In this document: one piece after another, positions 1 to 7,395 of the stretch | Layout of the letters: each line of letters begins with the position of its first letter | Numbering within the stretch: position 1 is the first letter of the stretch | NCBI GenBank assembly: GCA_046757665.1 | Contig: JBHHYO010000069.1 | Span: forward strand, 1-14,328 | Direction of reading: 5' to 3' | DNA: 14,328 nucleotides | From: Nitrospinales bacterium | Lineage (GTDB): Bacteria; Nitrospinota; Nitrospinia; Nitrospinales; JAJDAT01 | Notes under the pieces: generated by a model | The model's database searches: none | Told to the model about the DNA's origin: nothing | What the model saw: only the letters and a program-made list of their open reading frames with translations | Translations under genes and position numbers: made by a program

Positions 1-207
1 CAAGGGGTTGGTGGTTTTATGGCCTGACGTTTCGACTATTTCGTTCCTCGTTTTTCAAAAAATTTTTTTCCGGCCCAAGGCCGGGGTGAATGGGCTGACC
101 CGTATCAAGCGGTTAACCGGCGTCAAGCGCAACCGGGCGGACGAACGACCACAGCAGATGCGGGCGATTCGGTCAGGTGAAACCGTTTCCGGCAGGCGCG
201 GAGCCTT

Positions 208-1884
208 CTATTTGGGCGGCTTTGCTAGTTCCTGGCGGCGCAATTGGCGGATTTGTTTCAGGCGGATCGAGGGTTCCGGATTGTAGGGGGCGAGCCTGGC
301 GGCGGCGTGGAGTTCGCGCTCGGCTTCCGTCAACAGGATTTGCTTGTGCGTCTGCCGGTAGCCTTCGAGAAACGTTCGCGCCAGGATGAGTCGGGGCAGG
401 GCGCATCGGCCGCAGAGCGATTTTGCCCGTTCGGCATGGGAGGCGACGTCCTCCAGGGTGCGGGCGGTTGCTATTTGACGGTGGGTTGACCGGTCATAAA
501 AGTAAAAATCGGCCACCGCCGCGGCACCGAGGATGGAAAAGCCGGCAACCGCCGCCATCGCCGCGCGGCCGGCCAGGGACCAGCCGCCGTCTGCCTCGCG
601 GCTCAGAAAGTCGATGAGGACGACCAGTAGCGCAATGTAATAAATGAAAATAGAAACCAGCCAGTTGTACTCGATCAGGTTGTGGACAATGAACCCGGCG
701 GCGGCCAGGCTCAGGTAAAACACGGCAGGGCGGTGGGGATGGTTCGGCTGGTTCGCCAAGCGTTTAAAAAGCACGGCCAGCAAGGCCGCCAGCAGGGCAA
801 ACCCGATCAGCCCGGAGTCCGAGAGTGTCTGGGCATAGAGGCTATGGGCGTGCGGGGGGCGTTTCTGGATGTAGCGGGGCCGCGCCACGGGTTCGGTTTG
901 CGCCATGGCCTGCGGATAAACGGCGATGAACGTCAAGGGTCCGCTTCCGGTGACGGGATAGCGTTTGAATATCTCCCAGGCGCCTTGCCAGTAAAGGAAA
1001 CGGTTGATCATGTTGTCCCAGTTCCAGGCGACCTCGTGGATGTTGACGGCTGACGGCACTTGTTGCGCTTCATCCATTCGCTCTTTGACAAACAGTCCCG
1101 CGGCCAGCAGTCCAAGGACCAGTCCGGCGCACAGCGCGCCGCGGACGGCGCGGGTTTTGAGTTTATGCGTTCCCAGGGCGTAGCCCGTTGCGACTGCCAG
1201 TTGCAGTAAGGCGACGACCTGCCCGCCCGGCGACCCGGAAAAGGCCAAGCCCAGCAACAGCAAGGCCAGCAGGCAGGCGGCAACGACACGCGGCGTTCCC
1301 CCGCGGTGTCTCCGGAAAAGATAAATGCTTATGGGCAAATTCAGCAGGAGGTAACCGGAGAAATAATTGGCGTTGAAAAATGTCGATATCGACGCCTCCC
1401 AAAGCCGAGGGCCGGTTGGTGGGGTTTGCGTAAACAGTCCCTTGAGATATCCGTGAAGCGCCGACTGGATTGGCGGATACTGTCCGACGACGCCGAACAG
1501 GGCATGAATCGCCGCGCAGACCACCAGGACCCAAAAGATTTCCGTGACTTGTTCTTCATTCTTTAAATACAGTAGCAAGCCCAGGGCGAAAGCCATGGCC
1601 GCCACGGATTTTACGGTGGCGTAAAAACTCAGGTCCAAATCCACGGTGTAAAAATATCCCAGGGCCGACCAGGTGAGTACAAGTAGCAGGCAGGCGGTCG
1701 GCCCGGTCAGGCGGGCGCGTTGCGAGGCGGCTCTTTGCCGGTGGGCGAGGTTGAGGAACAAAAATCCCAGCGCCAGAAATCCCATAAGAGCTGAGGTCTC
1801 GGTGGGGCTCAGGGGCAAATAAATGTTTTCGCCGCCGACAAAGGCCAGCAGGACGAGGCACAAAAAAAGATACGACCGGTTCAT
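208..1884 (-). CDS. O-antigen ligase / O-oligosaccharyltransferase-like (Wzy_C domain) polytopic membrane protein with a short C-terminal TPR-like helical segment
   Basis: 558 aa with about 12-13 hydrophobic segments. Carries the Wzy_C signatures 'STFFNANYFSGYL', 'RFLYWQGAWEIFKRYPVTGSGPLTF' and 'HAHSLYAQTLSDSGLIGF'. TPR-like 'AERELHAAARLAPYNP' lies near the C-terminus. The ATG overlaps the upstream stop (ATGA, 1881-1884). Confidence 0.88.
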   Translation of the reverse strand: MNRSYLFLCLVLLAFVGGENIYLPLSPTETSALMGFLALGFLFLNLAHRQRAASQRARLTGPTACLLLVLTWSALGYFYTVDLDLSFYATVKSVAAMAFALGLLLYLKNEEQVTEIFWVLVVCAAIHALFGVVGQYPPIQSALHGYLKGLFTQTPPTGPRLWEASISTFFNANYFSGYLLLNLPISIYLFRRHRGGTPRVVAACLLALLLLGLAFSGSPGGQVVALLQLAVATGYALGTHKLKTRAVRGALCAGLVLGLLAAGLFVKERMDEAQQVPSAVNIHEVAWNWDNMINRFLYWQGAWEIFKRYPVTGSGPLTFIAVYPQAMAQTEPVARPRYIQKRPPHAHSLYAQTLSDSGLIGFALLAALLAVLFKRLANQPNHPHRPAVFYLSLAAAGFIVHNLIEYNWLVSIFIYYIALLVVLIDFLSREADGGWSLAGRAAMAAVAGFSILGAAAVADFYFYDRSTHRQIATARTLEDVASHAERAKSLCGRCALPRLILARTFLEGYRQTHKQILLTEAERELHAAARLAPYNPEPSIRLKQIRQLRRQELAKPPK

Positions 1885-3518
1885 GAGTTTCCGCCGTCCC
1901 GTTTGAAAATGTCCAGGGAGTATTGCGGGTCCGGCTTGCGATAGCTCCAGACTTTTTTAAATTCCGGATTTGCGGCCAGGAATTTTTCCCGCGGGTAGTC
2001 CACGAAAGGATAAACGAAGTAAGCGTTTCGCAGTCGGGACGTCGGCTGTATGTTCTGCGGACGCCGCTTGTATTTGGAGGCGAAGAAGGGGAACCATCCG
2101 CTCGGCGGGATCAGGCGGGGATGTTGGGGCCACCAGACCGTTGGCACAATCACCACGTTTTTTTGGCCCCGCAAATAAATTTCAAGTCCCTCCTGGGGAT
2201 TCCCCGGGTTGGTTGAAATCATCAGCACCACCTCGCCCCGGCGGCTTTCCTGTTTCAGGAATTTCAGTGCCTCGGCGATGCCGTAGCCGGAGTTCATGCC
2301 TTCCAGGTAATGCGTCCGGTCGAACTCGTGCACGGGCGTGTTCAAAGGATCGTGCGTCAGCCGCCATGTAAAAAAAAACCCGTCCGACAGGGTCAACAGC
2401 AACAGCAGGGCCGAGACGGCTCCGACGCGAACGGTCGAGCTCCATTGCGAGAAAAAAGTTCGCGTTTCGACAGCGGTGGAAAGGAATTGCGCCAGGCGGA
2501 CCAGGGCCAGGGCCGCCAAGATTGCCAGGGGAGGTTGCCCGAGGACGAAGTAACGGGAAAAGAATCCTTTCGCCACCACAACAATCGCCAGGGTGGGAAG
2601 GACCGCCCAGGACAGCAATGCCAGGCCGGTTTTTTTCCGCTCCGCCAAAACCAGGAAAACGGCAAAAGCCAAAACCACGACCACCGGCCATGTGAGATAC
2701 GTATAATAAAATTCCCAAATCACCAAAACGTTGCGTAGCCAGATCAGCCAGGGAAATGAAAGAAGCTCGTCCCAGCTCAAGACCAGGTCCGAACGGTGAA
2801 AAATCAAGGTGCGCTCTTGGACCATAATGCCCTGCCCGGCCAGGAAAAAGGGCAGGATGACGGCGGCGGCGGCCAGGAGGGCCAGGCCTGCCCCGACCGC
2901 AAGGCCGGGTTGCCGATGGCGTCGGTACAACAAAAACACCATGGCCACTACCGGGAAGAAAAGCAGTCCCGTGGCCTTGGTCAGAAGAGACAATCCCAGC
3001 AGGACGCCCAAAAGGAGGTATCCGGAATACCGCCGGTCCGGGGACCGGGCGAGGCTCCACGCAACGAGGAAAATCCACACGCCCAGGGCGCTGAGCAGGC
3101 TGTCCACCAGCGCCAGCCGGTCGAAGAGCAGGGTGTAGGGGAGAAACACGTAACACCATGCCGCGACGATGCCGACGGCCGGGCCGTAGAGGCGGCGGCC
3201 GATGAGATAAACACCGGCCAGCGAAAAGCCGCCGGCAAGAATGGAGACCGTTCTTCCGGCCACCAGGGGATCGGCAAACCACCCCAGGGTCAGGGCATTG
3301 AGCCACATGAACAGGGGTTGCTTGCCGTCCACTTTGGAGATGAACAATTCATGCGCGTCATCGGCGATGATTTGCGCCCAATGAATATAAATGGCCTCGT
3401 CGGTAAAGACCGGGAACAGGGTGATTGCGTAACAGCGCGTCAGCAGGTACGCGACGGCGGCAAGCGCCAGCGCGGGCCAATAGCGGACATTCAGGGGTTC
3501 AGGGTTGGGTGCGCTCAT
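1881..3518 (-). CDS. GT-C fold glycosyltransferase, PMT_2/ArnT-like (GT39/GT83-type, lipid-phosphate-sugar donor)
   Basis: 545 aa. Has the acidic 'FTDEAIY' loop after TM1, then 'DGKQPLFMWL', 'GRTVS..AG' and 'GLSLLTKATG' motifs typical of the ArnT/PMT_2 family. Many TM helices are followed by a soluble C-terminal domain. The start overlaps the upstream gene end by 20 nt. Confidence 0.85.
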   Translation of the reverse strand: MSAPNPEPLNVRYWPALALAAVAYLLTRCYAITLFPVFTDEAIYIHWAQIIADDAHELFISKVDGKQPLFMWLNALTLGWFADPLVAGRTVSILAGGFSLAGVYLIGRRLYGPAVGIVAAWCYVFLPYTLLFDRLALVDSLLSALGVWIFLVAWSLARSPDRRYSGYLLLGVLLGLSLLTKATGLLFFPVVAMVFLLYRRHRQPGLAVGAGLALLAAAAVILPFFLAGQGIMVQERTLIFHRSDLVLSWDELLSFPWLIWLRNVLVIWEFYYTYLTWPVVVVLAFAVFLVLAERKKTGLALLSWAVLPTLAIVVVAKGFFSRYFVLGQPPLAILAALALVRLAQFLSTAVETRTFFSQWSSTVRVGAVSALLLLLTLSDGFFFTWRLTHDPLNTPVHEFDRTHYLEGMNSGYGIAEALKFLKQESRRGEVVLMISTNPGNPQEGLEIYLRGQKNVVIVPTVWWPQHPRLIPPSGWFPFFASKYKRRPQNIQPTSRLRNAYFVYPFVDYPREKFLAANPEFKKVWSYRKPDPQYSLDIFKRDGGNS

Positions 3519-5907
3519 TTGCCGTCTTTCGCCACATAAAAATTCCGATCAGGAGCGTTGCCAGGCTTATTGCCAGGCCGGCCCTGAAGGACATGGGGTT
3601 GTAGTCGAAGCGCACGGCGTGCGTTCCCGGTTCAAGCAAGAGCGCCCGAAAGGCGAAATTGGCGCGGTAAATTTTTGCCGGTTTTCCGTCCACCGTTGCC
3701 TCCCAGCCGGGGTACCATGCTTCGCTCAAAAAGAGGAATTTTCTCGATTCCAGCTTCACCGTCAGCGCCAGCGAGTTGAGACCGGTTTTCGAAAAAACCA
3801 CGGATTCATCCTCATGCGCGGGGGCCGGCGTGGAAGGGGGCACTGGACCGCAAGGCAGTTTTTCCGGTGATTCGTCCAGAAGAACTATTTTACGCGGTTG
3901 GAAATTCTTTCCGGAAAAAGTTTCGGGATACTCTTTTTCCGAGCGCACCTGCCGGCAGGCGCTCACCAGGTAAGCTCTCGGCAGTGCGTCCGGGTTCTCA
4001 TACAGTTTGATGGTTTCCTTTGTCTTGGCGGGCCGGGCGGTCTTCGGAGATTTCACCGGTTCCTCGTTGACCAGCTTGAGGTTGTTGAAATTCAGCTTGT
4101 CCGCCGAGACGATATATTTGACGTTCAGCATGTTCAACAAATCCATCCGCCGCTCCGGCGGCAGGCCCTTTAACAGGTTCTTGACGTTTTCGAACAGCAG
4201 GGGACGCATGATTACAAAACCGCTTACATAGTACATCCCATGTGGAACGCCGATTAACGGAAAGACCATACTGTTTTGGATTTCAAAGCGCATCCTCTGC
4301 TCCCGGACCAGGCGGTGGAAAAAATCATATCGTGTTTCCGGCGTCAAATACACCCGGTACAGACCGGGGTCGGAAAGAATGCGTTGCATATTGGCGCTGG
4401 CCCGGTCGTAGCGTTCCGCGGCAATTTTGAAGGAAAGGCCGTGACTGCCGAAAAACAGGTCGAGCGCCAACAAACAAACGGAGCCGCGAAGCAACCACTG
4501 CCTGCTGATGGAGATATTGGCGGCCAGAAACCACAGCAGGCAAAACACGGCGGTAAACGCCAGCAGTCGTTGCAGGTTGCCCAAATTGACCCAAATTCGA
4601 TTGAACGTCGGGGGAACCAGCCCGTTTTCGGTGAACCAGCGCACCCAAGAATCGTTGAAGAAGTCAATGGAAGCGAAAACCAATATCGAGCCGACCGCCA
4701 GAATCAACAGCTTGCGGGACCAGGCAACCGCCGCGCCGTTTGCCGATCGGATGTCTTTTTGGAACCGGTCATATCCCAGCCCGGCGGCCATGGCGATGAC
4801 CAAAACGGCGGGCAGGATAAATTTTACCGGATAGCGAAACGCATCGAAAAAGGGCATGTACTCTCTCAGAAAAACAAAAAGCGGCGTGTTGCTTCCCAGG
4901 GCCAGAGCCAGGGACCACACAATAACCAGCAAAAAGGACCAGACGCGCGTACCGCCCTTGCGGAAATAATATCCGGACAGTAAAAAGGGAATCGCTCCGA
5001 GATAAAGTGTTTGCATCCAGTTTTGATTGGACAGGTAATTTTTTTCCCCCGTGAAATAGCCATAGAGGTCCAGAAAGAAAAACAACGGGAGTTCACGGAA
5101 TTTCAGGGACCATATCGCCGCTTCTCCGATGGGCAGTCCCTGGCTACGAATGGACCAGCGCGACAGCTCAAACGCCGGCAGTAACTGGATGGCCGACAAC
5201 CCCGCCCACGCGGCAAAAAATACTACCAGGTAGGACAACCGCCTGGAGCCGCTGGGACAAGGCCGCTCCGCGAACACCATCCGCGGGAATACGGTAAAGA
5301 CAACCAGCCAGGGGAAAACCTGATAACAGGTTTCGACTCCCCCGGCGAACAGCATCACCGCTCCGGCTCCCGCGGCCAGCAAGGCGTAGCGCCGGTCATT
5401 CTTCAACAAGCCGGCAAAATAGCACAACAGCAACAGCGGCACCCAGGCTACAGGAAACAGGGTGGAGGGGTAGCGCTGGAGCGAAAACAGATAGCCGCTC
5501 AGCATAAAAGTCAAACCGGAAACGGCCGCGGCGGCGATGCCGCATCGCAGTCCCCTCATCAACAGGTACATGGCGAGTCCCGCCAAACCATAGTGGAGGA
5601 TAACGGTTAAATTAAAAACCAGGTAAAAAGGCAGGAACAGGTAAAACAGGCTGAAAGGATAGAGAATGGCGGGTTGCATCGTTGCGAACAACGGCATACC
5701 CGTCAGCGAGAAAGGATTCCACAGGGGGAAGGAAAAATTCTGTGCCGCCTGCACCCAGAGTTTGCGAAGCGGGATGAAGAAAAAAGCGGCGTCGCCCCCC
5801 GAAAAGATGGGGTCCGAACCGGCCATTTCCCAAAAATAGCCCACGGCCAGGCAAGCAAACAAAAAGCCCGCCACCAGGACTTCCCGGGCAGTTACCGTGG
5901 GGGACAT
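3499..5907 (-). CDS. YfhO-family membrane protein (putative GT-C glycosyltransferase)
   Basis: N-terminal 'GGDAAFFFIP...PLWNPFSLTGMPLFATMQPAILYP' and C-terminal 'LFLSEAWYPGWEATVDGKPAKIYRANFAFRALLLEPGTHAVRFDYNP' plus a terminal TM are YfhO hallmarks. Start placed at ATG 5907 (MSPTVTARE, 802 aa) because the longer TTG start at 6039 lies inside the pilin 3' stem-loop. Confidence 0.87.
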   Translation of the reverse strand: MSPTVTAREVLVAGFLFACLAVGYFWEMAGSDPIFSGGDAAFFFIPLRKLWVQAAQNFSFPLWNPFSLTGMPLFATMQPAILYPFSLFYLFLPFYLVFNLTVILHYGLAGLAMYLLMRGLRCGIAAAAVSGLTFMLSGYLFSLQRYPSTLFPVAWVPLLLLCYFAGLLKNDRRYALLAAGAGAVMLFAGGVETCYQVFPWLVVFTVFPRMVFAERPCPSGSRRLSYLVVFFAAWAGLSAIQLLPAFELSRWSIRSQGLPIGEAAIWSLKFRELPLFFFLDLYGYFTGEKNYLSNQNWMQTLYLGAIPFLLSGYYFRKGGTRVWSFLLVIVWSLALALGSNTPLFVFLREYMPFFDAFRYPVKFILPAVLVIAMAAGLGYDRFQKDIRSANGAAVAWSRKLLILAVGSILVFASIDFFNDSWVRWFTENGLVPPTFNRIWVNLGNLQRLLAFTAVFCLLWFLAANISISRQWLLRGSVCLLALDLFFGSHGLSFKIAAERYDRASANMQRILSDPGLYRVYLTPETRYDFFHRLVREQRMRFEIQNSMVFPLIGVPHGMYYVSGFVIMRPLLFENVKNLLKGLPPERRMDLLNMLNVKYIVSADKLNFNNLKLVNEEPVKSPKTARPAKTKETIKLYENPDALPRAYLVSACRQVRSEKEYPETFSGKNFQPRKIVLLDESPEKLPCGPVPPSTPAPAHEDESVVFSKTGLNSLALTVKLESRKFLFLSEAWYPGWEATVDGKPAKIYRANFAFRALLLEPGTHAVRFDYNPMSFRAGLAISLATLLIGIFMWRKTANERTQP

Positions 5908-6016
5908 AAAATAGGCCGCATGGGGAATTCCATAATGATTCCCCTTCCGTGTTTTTCTGTCAGGTTGCGAAAAAGGCTCAGAATGGCAAGGGCGTTGAGT
6001 TTCTCCGCGCCCCGCT

Positions 6017-6062
6017 TTTGTGAAGGGGAGGCAGTCCAACTGCCGGCCTCCCCTTCAACAAA
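6017..6062 (-). terminator. Strong stem-loop 3' of the pilin gene (terminator/attenuator or mRNA-stabilising hairpin)
   Basis: Perfect 12-bp inverted repeat TGAAGGGGAGGC (6021-6032) / GCCTCCCCTTCA (6046-6057), extendable by TTTG/CAAA with one bulge. It sits about 30 nt after the pilin stop. No U-tract follows on the minus strand. Confidence 0.6.
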
Positions 6063-6093
6063 GGAGAAGAGCACCCTCCTCAGGCGCAACGGG

Positions 6094-6474
6094 TCAGGAG
6101 GGATCACCCACTACGGCCGGCGAGGTGACGCCGCTCACGGGTGTAAAAACCCAGGTTTTTGTGGTTCCATCGTCATCCGCGGTAATGGCGTTTGCGTTGG
6201 AGACGAGAGGCACCAGGCCTTGGGCATCCACCGAGGCGACAACGGCAGTCGCGTCGTATACCGAGCCGTTGATGATATACCTGGCGTGCAACAGATTGAC
6301 CGCCGACCGCAGGGCTCCGGTCAGATTCTGCACACGCGCGGTGCGTGCGTCGCCCTTCAAGTCGATAAATTTCGGCACGGCCACCGCCGCGAGGATTCCC
6401 AGGATTACGATTACCATGATCAACTCGATCAGGGTGAAACCTTTTTTGTTTTTTACAAGTTCTTTCGTGTTCAT
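6094..6474 (-). CDS. pilA: Type IVa major pilin, MshA-like
   Basis: 12-aa basic leader with class III cleavage site KKG|FTLIEL, E5, G14 and P22. 'PKFIDLKGDARTARVQNLTGALRSA' resembles the MshA alpha-1 helix. RBS GAGGA lies just upstream. It has its own promoter and 3' hairpin, as expected for a major subunit. Confidence 0.9.
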   Translation of the reverse strand: MNTKELVKNKKGFTLIELIMVIVILGILAAVAVPKFIDLKGDARTARVQNLTGALRSAVNLLHARYIINGSVYDATAVVASVDAQGLVPLVSNANAITADDDGTTKTWVFTPVSGVTSPAVVGDPS

Positions 6475-6558
6475 TTTTATTCCTCGCTTAAAAGTTAGAC
6501 GGTGTTGGGAGTTCCCCTCTGGAACCGCTTTGGGATTTTTCCCTTACCAAGATGGTTT

Positions 6559-6575
6559 TGCAAAAATCGGACCAA
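6559..6575 (-). promoter_or_regulatory. sigma54 (RpoN) -24/-12 promoter of the pilin gene
   Basis: Minus strand reads TTGGTCCGATTTTTGCA: GG-N10-GC with TTGCA, two mismatches to YTGGCACGRNNNTTGCW. It lies about 85 nt upstream of the pilin ATG, and a GAFTGA activator is encoded in the locus. Confidence 0.75.
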
Positions 6576-6657
6576 TTGTGAAATTGAGCCCGGCGAGGGC
6601 AAAATGAGGTTTTATAAGTATATTTATAAGGAAATATCGAATTTCAGTGGTAGGAGC

Positions 6658-6730
6658 TTACCCGATTTGTAACCCTGATTACCCAATGCGGCTTCAGGGT
6701 GCCAACACTTGCTCAGGGTGACAAGTGTCA
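6658..6730. promoter_or_regulatory. Candidate upstream activating sequence: three copies of the 12-mer TCAGGGTKMCAA
   Basis: TCAGGGTTACAA (minus, 6667-6678), TCAGGGTGCCAA (plus, 6694-6705) and TCAGGGTGACAA (plus, 6713-6724). TTACCC also occurs at 6658 and 6679. The 12-mers lie about 90-150 bp upstream of the sigma54 site. Confidence 0.55.
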
Positions 6731-6759
6731 ATACGTTGGCGATTAAAATTTTTTTCATG

Positions 6760-7380
6760 TTATCTGACAAACCAGGTGGTCAGGCAAAACACAGCGAGAA
6801 AAGAGGATCCCATGAACAGGAAAAAACCTACCAGCACATGGTTTTTCAACACCCATTGGTCCAAGCTGTCCGATGAGGTATCGATCAGGTCCTGTACTTT
6901 TTGCGTGGAGAAGAAAGCGTCCAGCGTCTGGCTGAGTTTTCTGAAGCGCTCGGGGAGGAGGGTCAAGATCAGGCAAAGGGCGGCGCCGACCACGCACCAT
7001 ATCACGAGGAGCCATCTCAGGAAATCCATGATCATGGCCGTGAACATCTCGGCAGTTTGGGTTTCAGGTTTGATGACCAGCGCGATGAATTTGGATTGAT
7101 CAAACCCGACCAACAGAAAATAGATTGTATAAACGGCGCCAAGAAAAAATACCAGTCCGATCAGCCATCGGTACTTGATGATGGTTTCCGTGGTTTGAAT
7201 CTCGGTTTCCAGTTTTTGGAAACGCTCGTTGGTGGGAAACCACTGCTTAAAGTTGCTGTTGATGCGCGCGGCCAGGGCGGGTTTGAACAGGATGAGGGCG
7301 CTGAACAAAAACGATACGGCCACCAGGATAAGGCTTACGATTTCTCCCGCTGTCAACAAAATATCATAAATAATGCCCAT
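6760..7380 (-). CDS. Hypothetical 4-TM membrane protein composed of two internal repeats
   Basis: 206 aa with four hydrophobic helices and two similar halves. Purine-rich RBS GGGGAAG; starts 15 nt after the upstream stop; same strand as the operon. Confidence 0.8.
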   Translation of the reverse strand: MGIIYDILLTAGEIVSLILVAVSFLFSALILFKPALAARINSNFKQWFPTNERFQKLETEIQTTETIIKYRWLIGLVFFLGAVYTIYFLLVGFDQSKFIALVIKPETQTAEMFTAMIMDFLRWLLVIWCVVGAALCLILTLLPERFRKLSQTLDAFFSTQKVQDLIDTSSDSLDQWVLKNHVLVGFFLFMGSSFLAVFCLTTWFVR

Positions 7381-7395
7381 TCAATCTTCCCCCGT

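Noticed and set aside
51-84. Intrinsic terminator after the ligase gene (CCGGCC-3nt-GGCCGG)
   Set aside because: The stem is only 6 bp, and on the minus strand it is followed by seven A's before any T-run, so it is not canonical. Context is cut off by the window edge.
2182-3306. 374-aa alternative-frame ORF and other long overlapping ORFs (e.g. 5674-6498 +, 2796-3539 +, 4276-4983 +, 10781-11437 +)
   Set aside because: They are nested in or antisense to well-supported genes, have R/P/G-rich shadow composition typical of GC-rich DNA, and show no motifs.
5908-6039. N-terminal extension of the YfhO-like ORF from TTG 6039
   Set aside because: It starts inside the stem-loop and encodes non-family-like hydrophilic sequence. 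ATG 5907 directly precedes TM1.
6094-6474. Electrically conductive (Geobacter-type) e-pilin
   Set aside because: The mature pilin is 114 aa with only 6 F/W/Y plus 1 H and long aromatic-free gaps. It is neither truncated nor aromatic-rich.
6475-6565. c-di-GMP riboswitch in the pilin leader (GCAAAACC... and small hairpins GGGA/TCCC, GTTCC/GGAAC)
   Set aside because: It lacks the GNRA tetraloop/receptor and the GCAAAG second-stem pattern of class I switches. The GCAAA is better explained as the sigma54 -12 element. An Rfam scan would settle it.
6691-6705. Second sigma54 promoter (minus TTGGCACCCTGAAGC)
   Set aside because: Spacing is GG-N9-GC rather than N10, and there is no TTGC. The sequence is part of the repeated 12-mer.
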